NCBI GenBank assembly: GCA_963810275.1
Contig: CAWENF010000021.1
Span: forward strand, 160,001-224,000
Source: an uncultured archaeon
GTDB lineage: Archaea; Thermoproteota; Bathyarchaeia; Bathyarchaeales; Bathycorpusculaceae
Direction: 5' to 3'
DNA length: 64,000 bases
The position numbers were made by a program, and so were the translations under genes. A model generated the notes under the pieces. The model was given only the letters and a program-made list of their open reading frames with translations. It did no database searches and was not told the DNA's origin. Shown here piece by piece: positions 1 to 10,322 of this stretch (position 1 is its first letter; the number at the start of each line of letters is the position of its first letter).

Positions 1-837
1 CTCAAAAAACTGGGGACACTGCTATGTTGGATGCCACTTGAGGAAAGACGGAAAATTCCGGCTATTAACTCTGAAAGGGCAGATATAATCATTGCAGGTG
101 CAGCAGTTATAGAAGCAATTATGGAGCAGTTCGGCTTGGAAGAAATCCATGTGAGTCACCGTGAACTCCGAGACGGCTTGCTGGTGGAGTACCTTTCCAA
201 CTTTGAAGGATTCAGGGAACTGCAGAAAGCGCCTATGCGAAACCGAAGCGTCCTGCAGCTAGGAAGAACATGCAACTTTGATGAAAAACACGCTGAGATA
301 GTTTCGGATTTGGCGTTGCAGCTTTTTGATAGTGCAAAACTTGTCGGGCTGCATAATTTAGGTAATAAAGAGCGGGAACTTCTTAAACACTCATCAGCAT
401 TGCATGATATAGGCGATTTCCTCTCCTTTAGTAATCACCATATGCATTCGCATTACATAATTCGCAACGCTGGACTTCCAGGTTTTGACCGATCAGAAAT
501 CAAAATAATGGCAAATATTGCACGTTTTCACCGTAAAAAGCTGCCTTCTAAAAAAGCCCTCAAAGCAGAAGGTTTAGAAGATAAAAACAAAGATACCGTT
601 GCGATTCTAAGTACTTTTCTGCGGTTTGCTGAGAAACTTGATCGTAGTCACACTGGTTTGGTAAAGCAGGTGGAGTTTGTTAAAGTCGCCAAAGAGCAGA
701 TTCTGCTTAGGTTCTACTCGGATTCGGATTGCAGTCTGGAGCAGTGGAGTATTTTGCAGAACCGCCAAGCCTTCTACGATGCCTTCGGAAAACAGCTTGA
801 CGCCCAATGCGTCGTAACTGCAGCCCCCCAACAATAA
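1..837 (+). CDS. ppx: Ppx/GppA family exopolyphosphatase, C-terminal part (5'-truncated by window edge)
   Basis: RADIIIAGAAV and ELRDGLL motifs, then the HD-type C-terminal domain (ALHDIG, HHMHSHYII, IARFHRK); frame open from base 1. Confidence 0.9.
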   Translation, partial: LKKLGTLLCWMPLEERRKIPAINSERADIIIAGAAVIEAIMEQFGLEEIHVSHRELRDGLLVEYLSNFEGFRELQKAPMRNRSVLQLGRTCNFDEKHAEIVSDLALQLFDSAKLVGLHNLGNKERELLKHSSALHDIGDFLSFSNHHMHSHYIIRNAGLPGFDRSEIKIMANIARFHRKKLPSKKALKAEGLEDKNKDTVAILSTFLRFAEKLDRSHTGLVKQVEFVKVAKEQILLRFYSDSDCSLEQWSILQNRQAFYDAFGKQLDAQCVVTAAPQQ

Positions 838-838
838 G

Positions 839-1720
839 TTACTCTTTTTCCAGTTGCTCCTTAGCTTTAGATAACGCCGCTTTCTGCTCTTGACTCAAAA
901 CGGGGTACTTGAGTTTGAGCGCTTGAATCTCTGATGCGATAATTTCCGAAACCGAAGCTTGCAAAACCCATTTGCGATCCGCTGGAATAACATACCATGG
1001 GGCCCACTCCGTGCTGGTGTTGTTAAGCATCTCCTCGTAAGCTTCAAGATAGTTCCCCCATTTTTCTCGTTCTGACAAATCGGTGAGGGAAAACTTCCAG
1101 TTTTTTTGTGGGTCGTCAAGGCGCTTCAGGAATCGTTTTTTCTGTTCATTTTTGGAGAGGTGTAAAAAGAATTTTAGTACAACTGTTCCGTTTCGGACGA
1201 GGTGACGTTCAAAGAGGTTAATATCTTCATATCGTTGTGGCCAAAAAGAGGTGCCTTCATCTTTTTGGGGAATTTTTTGTTTGGCAAGAACGTTGGGTCG
1301 AACCTTTACGATTAAGACGTCTTCGTAGTAGGAGCGATTAAAGATGCCTATGCTTCCCCTCTCTGGCAGGGCTTTGTAATATCGCCATAGGAAGTCATGG
1401 TCAAGTTCCTCCTCAGAAGGTGTTTTGAAGCCTTTGACTTGGCAGCCCTGCGGATTTACACCAGACATTACGTGGCGGATGGTGCTATCTTTGCCTGCTG
1501 CATCCATACCCTGCAAAATAATGAGCATCGCATATGAGTCGCTTGCCCACAGTAGGGCCTGTTGTTCAATCAGGGTTTTGCGGTTCTTCTCAAGAATTGC
1601 TAATGCTTCTTGCTTTACAGATTTTTTGCTACTTTTAGTCCATTGGGGGAGCCAATCGGATTTAAATTCTTTTAAGGAAACCGTTTTTCCAGCGGGAACT
1701 TTAAAATCTTCTGCATCCAT
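839..1720 (-). CDS. ppk2: Polyphosphate kinase 2 family protein (PPK2, class III-like)
   Basis: Walker A QGMDAAGKD, FKTPSEEELDHDFLWR, FNRSYYEDV, KFFLHLSK, APWYVIPAD motifs; ATG at 1720 preferred (track start 1741). Confidence 0.92.
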   Translation of the reverse strand: MDAEDFKVPAGKTVSLKEFKSDWLPQWTKSSKKSVKQEALAILEKNRKTLIEQQALLWASDSYAMLIILQGMDAAGKDSTIRHVMSGVNPQGCQVKGFKTPSEEELDHDFLWRYYKALPERGSIGIFNRSYYEDVLIVKVRPNVLAKQKIPQKDEGTSFWPQRYEDINLFERHLVRNGTVVLKFFLHLSKNEQKKRFLKRLDDPQKNWKFSLTDLSEREKWGNYLEAYEEMLNNTSTEWAPWYVIPADRKWVLQASVSEIIASEIQALKLKYPVLSQEQKAALSKAKEQLEKE

Positions 1721-1809
1721 TGACAAATAAAAACCTCGCACAAGCCTGAATAGGAATTGTATCTAATAACGGCTTGGGTAAATCCATTGCTCTGCTTATT
1801 AAAAAATAG

Positions 1810-1962
1810 CCTCTGTTCACGACAAAATCGAAGGGTCAAAGCTTCGACTTAGATGTTGTTAAGAAGCTGTTGAGGTACTGGAGGGACGTTAATTTTGAAA
1901 CAAAACGGGGTAAGGGCACCACTTCTATTGTGGAGTTGCCTCTGGAACCGTATTTGGTTTAG
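1810..1962 (+). pseudogene. Remnant of a histidine kinase HATPase_c C-terminus
   Basis: Manual translation PLFTTKSKGQSFDLDVVKKLLRYWRDVNFETKRGKGTTSIVELP* matches the F-box/G2-box pattern PxFTTKxxGxGxGL...GKGTxFxxxLP; no start codon, in-frame TAG immediately upstream. Confidence 0.7.
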
Positions 1963-2603
1963 CCTAAAACGATTTTTTCGCCTGTTACTATGTAGACGAT
2001 GGATTCGCATATGTAGACGCCGTGGTCGGCTATGCGTTCGAAGTAGCGTGTTACAAGCATGCTTGATGCGATGCATTTGCTGTCGCCAGTTTCTTGGCTG
2101 ATCAAGCGATTGAGGAATTCAAGGTACATTTTATCAACTTCGCGCTCGGTGGGCGTGATGGTTTTGGCGATAGCAACATCATGTTTACGTAGTGAATCTA
2201 TGCTCGTTTTAACTATAGATAGAACCTTCACGCTCATTTCTTCAAGGTACGATTTAGCCCAAGGATCGCATGCAGTTAACCCATGCAGTTGCTCGTTAAT
2301 TGAAGAGATGTCCAAGGCATATCTGCCGTAACGTGCGAAGTCGTTGGCGATTTTTATGTAGGATTTGATGGCGCGCAAGTCAGACGCGACAGGTTGGAAA
2401 CGGGCTATCAATTCGAAGGTTTTGTCTTCTACTTTATCAGCCATTGCAACAAGCACATCGGACATTTCCCGAACCTGCCCCAGGACGCTTTTGCTCTCCA
2501 AGTATCCGTGTATTGAAAGCGCTAAAACTTCGTAGGTTAAGTCGCCCATTCTTGTAAGTAGCACTGACTGTTCTTCTAATCCGCGATCAATAATTCGACT
2601 CAT
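1959..2603 (-). CDS. phoU: Phosphate signalling complex protein PhoU
   Basis: Two PhoU repeats (FQPVASDLR, RYFERIADH); directly downstream of pstB. Confidence 0.92.
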   Translation of the reverse strand: MSRIIDRGLEEQSVLLTRMGDLTYEVLALSIHGYLESKSVLGQVREMSDVLVAMADKVEDKTFELIARFQPVASDLRAIKSYIKIANDFARYGRYALDISSINEQLHGLTACDPWAKSYLEEMSVKVLSIVKTSIDSLRKHDVAIAKTITPTEREVDKMYLEFLNRLISQETGDSKCIASSMLVTRYFERIADHGVYICESIVYIVTGEKIVLG

Positions 2604-2619
2604 AGCAATCTATTCCACC

Positions 2620-3381
2620 TTAACCGAATTCCCCTGTTATATATTTCTCTGTCATGGGGTTCTTAGGTGACTCAAAAATTTCCTTTGTCGCGCCATATTC
2701 AATAAGAGAGCCCAAATACAGAAAAGCTGTGTAGTCGGAAACTCTTGAAGCTTGCTGCATGTTGTGTGTTACAATGACAACTGTGTAGTTGCGTTTAAGT
2801 TCAACTACAAGTTTCTCAATTTTTGCTGAAGCAATAGGATCAAGTGCAGAGGTAGGTTCATCCATCAAAATGACTTCTGGCTGCAAAGCAATAGCACGTG
2901 CAATACATAAACGCTGTTGCTGCCCACCTGAAATACCGGTTCCAGGCTTTTTTAGGTCATCTTTAACTTCCTCCCAAAGTGAAGCTTGCTCAAGGCTACG
3001 TTTTACAACTTCGTCAAGGTTTTTGCCTTTCTTGGCGCCAGTTAAGCGTAAACCTGCGGCGACGTTATCATAAATAGACATAGTTGGGAAAGGGTTGGGT
3101 TTTTGGAAAACCATGCCGACTCTGCGTCGCACCATAACGGGGTCAATTTCTTTGCCGTAGATATCTTCGCCATCTAGCAGAATTTGTCCATTCATTTTAG
3201 CGTTGGGAACAAGCTCGTGCATACGGTTTAGGGCTCGGATAAAAGTAGATTTTCCGCAGCCAGAGGGACCAATGATAGCTGTAACAGCATTTGCCTGCAT
3301 TGAAAGATTAATATCCTTTAATACCTGCTTTGTGCCAAACCATGCATTCAGGTTTATGCTTTGAATTTTTACGTTTTCCAA
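2620..3381 (-). CDS. pstB: Phosphate ABC transporter ATP-binding protein PstB
   Basis: [48 protein letters not shown]. Confidence 0.97.
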   Translation of the reverse strand: MENVKIQSINLNAWFGTKQVLKDINLSMQANAVTAIIGPSGCGKSTFIRALNRMHELVPNAKMNGQILLDGEDIYGKEIDPVMVRRRVGMVFQKPNPFPTMSIYDNVAAGLRLTGAKKGKNLDEVVKRSLEQASLWEEVKDDLKKPGTGISGGQQQRLCIARAIALQPEVILMDEPTSALDPIASAKIEKLVVELKRNYTVVIVTHNMQQASRVSDYTAFLYLGSLIEYGATKEIFESPKNPMTEKYITGEFG

Positions 3382-3387
3382 TTTCTG

Positions 3388-4269
3388 TCACCTTGATAAG
3401 CTACTGAAGCTACTTCTGTTGGCTACCAACCTAACAAATATGTTAAGAGCCAAAACCATTAATATTAACACTAATGCGGCGCCCCAAGCCATTGCTTGAT
3501 CCTCAGCGGAGGGCAATTGCGAATTGAGGAAAATCCTAAGTGGCAAGGCATCCATCGGTGCATCTAGACCATGGAAGAAGTAGCTGCTGCCCAGAATCGT
3601 GAGCAGTATGGGGGCGGTTTCCCCGGCGATTCTTGCGACAGCTAAAAGGGCGCCTGTGATTAAACCGTTTTTTGCGGAGGGGATTGTTATGCTAAGTATC
3701 GTGCGCCACCTGTGAGCACCCAAAGCCATCGAGGCCTCACGTAGGCTGTTGGGCACAAGTTTCATAGATTCCTCAGTTGTTCGTGCAACAATAGGGATTA
3801 GCATAAAAGCTAGAGCGACTGCCCCAGCTAAAGGGGAATAGCCCACCTTTAGAAAGCCTACAACGATTATCAAGTAAGCAGTAATGCCCACTATGATTGA
3901 TGGAAATTGTGTTAGAATGTTATTCGTAGTTCTTAGCCAAGCTGCATAATGGTTATTGCCATACTCGGAGAGGTATACGCCTGTCAATATACCGATTGGA
4001 ATGCCGATAAGACTGGTTAAACCGATAAGAATTATTGAGCCTTGAATAGCAGGTCCGATGCCGCCGTGTAAATAGTCTGCAAATAGAAAGTTTAGGTTAA
4101 TTACAGGTGCTCCTCGAATTATAACTTCGACAAGTATGCTAATCAAGGGCACTACGGCTACAACAACACAGATCAGGCATAGCAAATAGAATAGCCTGTT
4201 TTTGAACTTACGTAAATGGTAGTTATCGAGCTTAAGTCGCTGGAGTAGCTCTGAAAGCTTGTTTGGCAT
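3388..4269 (-). CDS. pstA: Phosphate ABC transporter permease PstA
   Basis: PSIIVG, VPNSLREASMALGA, ARIAGETAP motifs; operon position. Confidence 0.95.
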   Translation of the reverse strand: MPNKLSELLQRLKLDNYHLRKFKNRLFYLLCLICVVVAVVPLISILVEVIIRGAPVINLNFLFADYLHGGIGPAIQGSIILIGLTSLIGIPIGILTGVYLSEYGNNHYAAWLRTTNNILTQFPSIIVGITAYLIIVVGFLKVGYSPLAGAVALAFMLIPIVARTTEESMKLVPNSLREASMALGAHRWRTILSITIPSAKNGLITGALLAVARIAGETAPILLTILGSSYFFHGLDAPMDALPLRIFLNSQLPSAEDQAMAWGAALVLILMVLALNIFVRLVANRSSFSSLSR

Positions 4270-5192
4270 TACTCAACGGCTCCTCCTTTCACTTTTAATA
4301 CCCTCGTCACTGTGAAGTGAGCTATGATGTTTATAATTAGACTGATGACAAGCAAAACTAAGCCTGCAGCGATGTAGGGCGACTTGTCGGCAGATTCTTT
4401 GAAACCATTGGCAATTAATGAAGGCAAGGTTTGACCTGCCTGAAAAAGTGAGGACGGCATAGCGTTGGGTCCAATAGCGTTGCCTATAACCATGGTAACA
4501 GCCATGGTTTCTCCCACTGCCCGGCCTAATCCAAGAATTATGGCTCCGAAAATGCCTGAGCGTCCATAACTGAGAACCCAGTGCCGGATAACTTCCCATT
4601 TTGTGGCGCCAATGCTATAAGCACCTTCCCGAATTGAGTTTGGAACTGCGCTAATTATTTCCCGGGAAACGGAAGCTATTGTGGGTATAATCATTATTGC
4701 TAAGATTACTCCAGCGGTTAGAAAGTCCAAACCGAAGGGTGTATCGCTGAAAAGCGGGATCCACCCCAAATAGGTGTGGAGAGGATTTTCTATATTATCT
4801 AGTATCCAAAAACGCAGTACAAATAAGCCCCAGAGCCCAAAGATAACGCTGGGTACCGCCGCTAACAACTCTACAAGGTAGGAACAAGGAACTCTAACAA
4901 CTTTTGGAGCCATCTCTACTAGGAAAATTGCTATACCCAAGCTTAAGGGCACTCCTATTAGAAGAGCAATACCTGATGTAATGAGGGTTCCAAGGATATA
5001 AGGGAGCACACCGTACAGGTCGAGGTTGGCACTCCAATTTATGCCAGTTATGAAATTAAACCCATACTTAGCTAAGGCGGGTTCTGCACCCGAGAATAAA
5101 ATAAAAGCGTTAAGTAATAATATTAGAAGTGCTGACGCAGCGGTAACAGCTACTATGGCCTTAAATACGTTATCGCCTTTCAGCTTCGCCAT
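4269..5192 (-). CDS. pstC: Phosphate ABC transporter permease PstC
   Basis: ELLAAVPSVIFGLWG, ILGLGRAVGETMAV motifs. Confidence 0.95.
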   Translation of the reverse strand: MAKLKGDNVFKAIVAVTAASALLILLLNAFILFSGAEPALAKYGFNFITGINWSANLDLYGVLPYILGTLITSGIALLIGVPLSLGIAIFLVEMAPKVVRVPCSYLVELLAAVPSVIFGLWGLFVLRFWILDNIENPLHTYLGWIPLFSDTPFGLDFLTAGVILAIMIIPTIASVSREIISAVPNSIREGAYSIGATKWEVIRHWVLSYGRSGIFGAIILGLGRAVGETMAVTMVIGNAIGPNAMPSSLFQAGQTLPSLIANGFKESADKSPYIAAGLVLLVISLIINIIAHFTVTRVLKVKGGAVE

Positions 5193-5266
5193 ACGAATCT
5201 TCTCAAATTTGTATATTCAAAAGAAAAAAAGGTTTTGGATGAGATTATGTTTACACCACGGCAATT

Positions 5267-6367
5267 TTAGCTTGTCGGTATGCTTTCGCCGTTGAAAGTT
5301 ATTGAGTTCAGCGTTACTTCGTTGAGTGTCACTAGGTTTGATGGTAAAGCGGCATATTCTAATGGACCTGCAAGGGCTTGACCGTCATGCACAATGTACC
5401 ATAGATATTGGACTAATACTGTTGCTTTGGCCATTGTCATGCCTGGAACATCACCGAGATCTTGGTAGACTAAGATGTATGTTGGAGTCACTATGGGATA
5501 TGCTTGTGCACCATCGGTATTGAGTATGTATACGTCTGCCCAACTTTCACTTCCTGTTGGAAGGTCAGTTGGTAGAGACTGAGCTGCCGCAGTGGTAGAT
5601 TCCAGTGAGGGTAACACAAAGTTACCTGCAGGATTTTGAAGCGCTGCAACTTTCACATTATTTTCAAGTGCATAAGCTAATTCGATGTATCCAATTGAGT
5701 ATTCGGTTTGGTCAATTAATGCTGCAACACCAGAGTTTCCGCTTCCACCAACACCTGTTGGCCATTCAACGGTAGTGCCGGCGCCGACCATTGTGCCCCA
5801 TGGTTCACTTACTATTGAGAGATATTTTGTAAACCAGTCGGTGGTTCCTGAACCTTCAGAGCGGTGTACGACAGCTATTTCATGGTTAGGCATAGTTAAG
5901 TCGGGGTTTAGCGCATTTATTGATGGGTCATTCCAGTTAGTTACGGTTCCTAAGAAAATGTTAGCGACTACTGCGCCGGTGAGTTTTAAGCCTGTATCAA
6001 TGTTTGGAAGGTTGTAAGCTACGGTGATTGCGCCGATTGTTTCAGGGATATGAAGTGAACCGGTTGCTTGGGCTCTTTGTTCGTCAGTTAATGCTGCGTC
6101 GGAACCTGCGAAGTCAACAACTTTGTTTATGAAGTCAGTTCTACCTTGTCCGCTACCGCCGCCTGCATAGTTGATTTCAACATTACTATGCATCGAATTA
6201 TATTCGACAATTGTAGCATCGAGGAATGGTTTTGGGAATGTTGCTCCTGAAGCATTAAGTGTGACTAATTCAGCTGCAGGACTCGAAAGATAAGTATACG
6301 CTAAGACTCCGCCAGCTATTATGGCAATCGCAATTATTGCAACAACAATAGTATATTTAGCATTCAT
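5267..6367 (-). CDS. pstS: Phosphate ABC transporter substrate-binding protein PstS
   Basis: N-terminal membrane anchor; SGATFP, GGGSGQG, DFAGSD, HRSEGSGTT, IGYIE, AYPI motifs. Confidence 0.95.
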   Translation of the reverse strand: MNAKYTIVVAIIAIAIIAGGVLAYTYLSSPAAELVTLNASGATFPKPFLDATIVEYNSMHSNVEINYAGGGSGQGRTDFINKVVDFAGSDAALTDEQRAQATGSLHIPETIGAITVAYNLPNIDTGLKLTGAVVANIFLGTVTNWNDPSINALNPDLTMPNHEIAVVHRSEGSGTTDWFTKYLSIVSEPWGTMVGAGTTVEWPTGVGGSGNSGVAALIDQTEYSIGYIELAYALENNVKVAALQNPAGNFVLPSLESTTAAAQSLPTDLPTGSESWADVYILNTDGAQAYPIVTPTYILVYQDLGDVPGMTMAKATVLVQYLWYIVHDGQALAGPLEYAALPSNLVTLNEVTLNSITFNGESIPTS

Positions 6368-6411
6368 ATTTTTAATTCTCCTATTTGTTATCTATGCTCC
6401 TAGGTTGGTTA

Positions 6412-6450
6412 TATAGGAAATCTCCATAAAATATATAGTATTTATAGAAA
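6412..6450. promoter_or_regulatory. Putative phosphate-regulon operator/promoter box upstream of pstS
   Basis: TATAGGAAATCTCCATAAAATATATAGTATTTATAGAAA, closely repeated at 7908-7950. Confidence 0.45.
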
Positions 6451-6485
6451 CAACTAATATAATAAATATTCATAGAAATATTCAC

Positions 6486-7547
6486 TTGGAGTCAACCGTG
6501 ACAAAAAAACCAGAAAAACAAAACGAAGAACAACGAAAACTACAAGTCACCGGCGGATCAACATTCATACTTTCACTACCCAAGGACTGGGCAACCAAAA
6601 ACGAGCTCAAACGCGGCAGCAGCATGATGGTTAGAGAAGAAGAAGACGGTTCACTCTCCGTCTCACCCACCAGCCTGCCTAAAAAAGAAAAACAAGACGA
6701 AGCATACATCCGTGTTTCACATTCAGACAACCCAGACGCAATTATGCGTACTGCCATCTCGGCCTACCTAAACGGCTACAACATTCTTCACATTCTAGCA
6801 CAAGGACAAAAACCGCTTTCATCTAAACTACGCAATCACCTCAAACATTTCGCCCGTAACTACCTGGTAGGCACGGAAATCGTCATCGACACCCCTACTG
6901 AACTCACGTTGCAAGTGCTCCTGAATTATCCTGAATTAACCGTACAGAATGCACTTAGTCGAATGGCCATTATTGCGTCGTCTATGCATAAGGAAGCCAT
7001 GAGTGCACTTAGCAACCTTGACTACGCCAGCGCCAAAGCAGTCATCGAAACCGATAGGGAAGTCAACCGCTTTGGACTCTACATTGTGCGGCTCCTAAAA
7101 TTGGCAGTTACTAATCAACGCATTGTTAAAGAAATTGGGCTAGGCAACCAAAAAGAGTGCCTAGGACACCGGTTAATTGCTAAATCAGTTGAGAGAACCG
7201 CTGATCACGCAACTAAAATCGCTGAGAATACATTGTTGCTTAAAGAAACGGTTGATGAAGAATTGATGCAGAAAATCGGCGAGTTAAGTGAAATGGCAAA
7301 CTCTATGTTTGAACGAGCAATGGAAGCTCTATTCAAACATGATTTTAGAATCGCCGAAGTGGTTATCGAGAAGCTGAGCCAAACCCATAAACTTGAAAAA
7401 GAAGCAGTTCTTAGGTTGCCAACAGCTAATGTGGAGGAAAGCATCAACTTGAGGTTAATTTTAGAGAGTGTCCGCAGAACCGCAGAATATGCAAGCGACA
7501 TTTCCGAGGTTGTTTTGAACTTAAATGTTGAATCAGTCCTAAGTTAA
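6486..7547 (+). CDS. Archaeal phosphate uptake regulator (AbrB/MazE-type N-terminal DNA-binding domain plus PhoU domains)
   Basis: RKLQVTGGSTFILSLPKDWA AbrB-like start; ERTADHA and RRTAEYASDI PhoU repeats; divergent from pstS. Confidence 0.9.
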   Translation: MESTVTKKPEKQNEEQRKLQVTGGSTFILSLPKDWATKNELKRGSSMMVREEEDGSLSVSPTSLPKKEKQDEAYIRVSHSDNPDAIMRTAISAYLNGYNILHILAQGQKPLSSKLRNHLKHFARNYLVGTEIVIDTPTELTLQVLLNYPELTVQNALSRMAIIASSMHKEAMSALSNLDYASAKAVIETDREVNRFGLYIVRLLKLAVTNQRIVKEIGLGNQKECLGHRLIAKSVERTADHATKIAENTLLLKETVDEELMQKIGELSEMANSMFERAMEALFKHDFRIAEVVIEKLSQTHKLEKEAVLRLPTANVEESINLRLILESVRRTAEYASDISEVVLNLNVESVLS

Positions 7548-7682
7548 AACAATTTTTTACCTTTTATCTTTAGTTAGAACTTATAATGTAGACTGCGTTG
7601 CAGAGTGTTCAAAAAATCAAAAAATATAAAAAGAGAATTTAAGGCGCCACCTCTTGCAGTACAACCAAAACTTGTTTGCAGC

Positions 7683-7857
7683 TTACTGGAAAGTCTCTAT
7701 GAAGCAAACTACTTCTTGGTTGTTGTAAATACTTGAACTGTCAATTAGGTGTGCTGTGCCATCTGGACAATACACTTTGTCACCTTTTTGTGGCTCTATG
7801 GAAGCGTTTTCCGCATTCTCTTAGTTTAGAGCAACCATCACAATCTCTTGATAGCAT
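7683..7857 (-). CDS. Small Cys/His-rich protein, one frameshift near 7790
   Basis: MLSRDCDGCSKLRECGKRFHRA / KGDKVYCPDGTAHLIDSS...ETFQ*; GGAG upstream; not in ORF track. Confidence 0.5.
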
Positions 7858-7907
7858 GTTTTCTATCATCTCCACTTTTTTCTAATATGCCTTACGTAAA
7901 ACGCATC

Positions 7908-7950
7908 TATAGAGATAATCTCAATAAAATACATAGAATATAGATAGAAA
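7908..7950. promoter_or_regulatory. Second copy of the pstS-upstream box
   Basis: TATAGAGATAATCTCAATAAAATACATAGAATATAGATAGAAA. Confidence 0.45.
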
Positions 7951-8117
7951 AAAAGCAGATACTCATAAAAATTAACGTAAAATGCACTTTCAACCCCAAT
8001 TCTTTACGCATACGAGAATAAAATAGCAGGCCAACAGGTCAATAAGTAGAAGAGTGAAAAAGCGTCTAACATACCTCAACCTTTAAGAAACTAAATCGCC
8101 ACAACAACCAGACATCA

Positions 8118-8771
8118 ATGCAGCAAAAGTTCAAAGTAAAAGGTATATTTCTGGACTTAGACGGCACTCTTGTTGACTCCAACCCCGCATATATAGAAGC
8201 TGCCAAAATAGCTTTTCGGGCGGTTGGAAAAACGCCTCCTCCAACGGAGGTTCTGCTTGAACTACCCAAACGCGTGGAGCAAAGCCGGTCCATCGAGGAT
8301 ATCACACAGGGAACAACTGACGAGTTTTTGCCCGTTTACTTGGACGCCTACCATGCTATAACTGGCAAAAAAACCAAGCTATTACCTAAAGTAGTAGCTA
8401 CATTGGAGGTTTTGTCTAAGAAGGCAAAGCTGGCATTAATTACAATGCGGCATGTGCCAAATGAAGTGCTGCAAAAAGAGCTGGATAGCTATGGTATATC
8501 CAAATACTTTACTCACATCGTGACCGCGTTGGACACGGAAAAACCAAAGCCTGACCCGGAAGCGCTGATTATATGTATTGAAGCTTTGGCTGTGGAAATG
8601 TGTGAATGCGTGATAGTTGGCGACTCCATTAATGATTTGCGGGCAGGTAAAGCTGCTGGAGTAAAGACAGTGGCTTTGCTTTCTGGTTTGTACAGTAAAG
8701 AAGAGCTGGAGCAGGAAAACCCAGATTTGGTTTTGGCAGATGTTAGCTCTCTGCTGGATGTCATAGCGTAA
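8118..8771 (+). CDS. HAD family hydrolase (phosphoglycolate phosphatase/PpaX-like)
   Basis: DLDGTLVDS motif I, KPKPDPE, VGDSINDLRAGKAAG. Confidence 0.9.
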   Translation: MQQKFKVKGIFLDLDGTLVDSNPAYIEAAKIAFRAVGKTPPPTEVLLELPKRVEQSRSIEDITQGTTDEFLPVYLDAYHAITGKKTKLLPKVVATLEVLSKKAKLALITMRHVPNEVLQKELDSYGISKYFTHIVTALDTEKPKPDPEALIICIEALAVEMCECVIVGDSINDLRAGKAAGVKTVALLSGLYSKEELEQENPDLVLADVSSLLDVIA

Positions 8772-8889
8772 TGGTTATATCCGTTTTTGAAATATTGCGC
8801 GTTTTTGCCTAATTCAGTTATATTGCTGTGTGAAAATAATGTTTATTAGCCCTTAATCTTAAAGGGTTTATGGAGAAGGCTTCAGCGGA

Positions 8890-9501
8890 ATGAATTACAT
8901 AGAGATGATAATAGGGGAGAAACTGAAGGAAGCGGACCCCGCTTTGGATGTGTCGGCGTCAGATCGCAAAGTCTTGCAGGTCGCCTGCCAGGACTTCACT
9001 AACTATCTAAAATGGCATTGGAACCTAATCGGCAAAGAAACAAACCAATGTGAAGTGGTAGAGAGACTCGACAAATTGTTCAAAGAGGACATAGAAGAGC
9101 TAGAAGAGTTCCTCACGGTTTGGTGCAGCATCTGGTTCAATAAATGGAAACAGCGAGTAAAACTGCTTATCGGCAACCAAAATGCTAACAAATGGAGCAA
9201 AATAGCGAAACCCATCGCCGACGCGGAGCCGATTTGGCGAAAAATCGAGCACAAACAGGAACTTCAAGAAGTTGTGGTTGCCACCTTGATCAAGAATGGG
9301 GAAATATGCGGTACCGAAATCCTCGCTGAGAATCTGCTTAAAATGGAGTTGGGCGAACGGTGCATGCAGTGTCTTGAAGAGAAAGAGCGTGACTTAACGA
9401 TGCTTAATGGTGCTTTGCGTAAAGCCCGCGAGATGGCGAGAAGCCGGGGGCCACTAATTTTTGTTAAAGTGGATAAGGGCTACTACAACGCAGCCGAATA
9501 A
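8890..9501 (+). CDS. Hypothetical cytoplasmic protein
   Basis: 203-aa ORF with GGAG upstream; no recognised motif. Confidence 0.7.
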   Translation: MNYIEMIIGEKLKEADPALDVSASDRKVLQVACQDFTNYLKWHWNLIGKETNQCEVVERLDKLFKEDIEELEEFLTVWCSIWFNKWKQRVKLLIGNQNANKWSKIAKPIADAEPIWRKIEHKQELQEVVVATLIKNGEICGTEILAENLLKMELGERCMQCLEEKERDLTMLNGALRKAREMARSRGPLIFVKVDKGYYNAAE

Positions 9502-9900
9502 CTCCATCGTTAACCCAATTTTCTTTCTTGGCGTCGTATTTTTTTATTAATTAACGCTGTAAAGATTAACAAATGAGTTTTTTTGTTTTGAATGGCATCT
9601 TGGAAATATATCATTAATAGATGTCGATTCATCATCGCCGTAGTCACCACCTTCGGGTTACTTGAACTCGAAAGTAGTTCTCATATCCCTTTTGAGAGTA
9701 TCTATAGTGCTTGATTGCTCTGCGTGTACCAAACAGAGTTGCGATCATGAAGAAAATACGTTCTCAAGGAGTTGAGTAAACATGAGCGGTTTTTTGCTAT
9801 GGGTGAATACAAATTTAGGCAAAGCTAAAGCTAACAGACAGCTGAAAGAAAAATTAAAACGGAAAACATAGATTCCTGTTTTTAAAGGGATAGTCGACGG

Positions 9901-10089
9901 TTATACGACTCTTTGCCTCTGAAGAGTCTTAGTTCTCCAGGTATAGCGCCGCATGGTTTTCTGTTCACCGAAGCCACAAGCGCCACAACGGTGGTTACGC
10001 ACGTGGTAAGCGCGTCTACCGCATCTGCGGCACATAATATGGACTGTTTTTCCTTGACGCTTACCCATAGAAGGAGTACCCTTACCCAT
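9901..10089 (-). CDS. rpl37e: 50S ribosomal protein L37e
   Basis: MGKGTPSMGKR...CRRCG...CGACGFG; canonical position after the Sm gene. Confidence 0.97.
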   Translation of the reverse strand: MGKGTPSMGKRQGKTVHIMCRRCGRRAYHVRNHRCGACGFGEQKTMRRYTWRTKTLQRQRVV

Positions 10090-10094
10090 TCAAC

Positions 10095-10322
10095 TCACCT
10101 GGGTGGGGGCGAAATAAGGACTACGTTGTCTCCGCGGACGATTATTAGCCCTAACTTCCTTTGGTTTTCAACGACTGTAGTGTCTTCTGTTTCTTCCAAG
10201 ACCAAGTTTAGGTGTTGATCGAATCCCTTGAGGCGACCTCTGAGGCTTTTGCCACCTTTTAAGCGGACGAGCACAATTTTGCTGAGGTTCTGTTCAAGGA
10301 TTTCGGTTGTCATTTCGCTCAT
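10095..10322 (-). CDS. Sm-like archaeal protein (LSm/SmAP1)
   Basis: RGRLKGFDQHLNLVL (Sm1) and IIVRGDNV (Sm2). Confidence 0.95.
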   Translation of the reverse strand: MSEMTTEILEQNLSKIVLVRLKGGKSLRGRLKGFDQHLNLVLEETEDTTVVENQRKLGLIIVRGDNVVLISPPPR

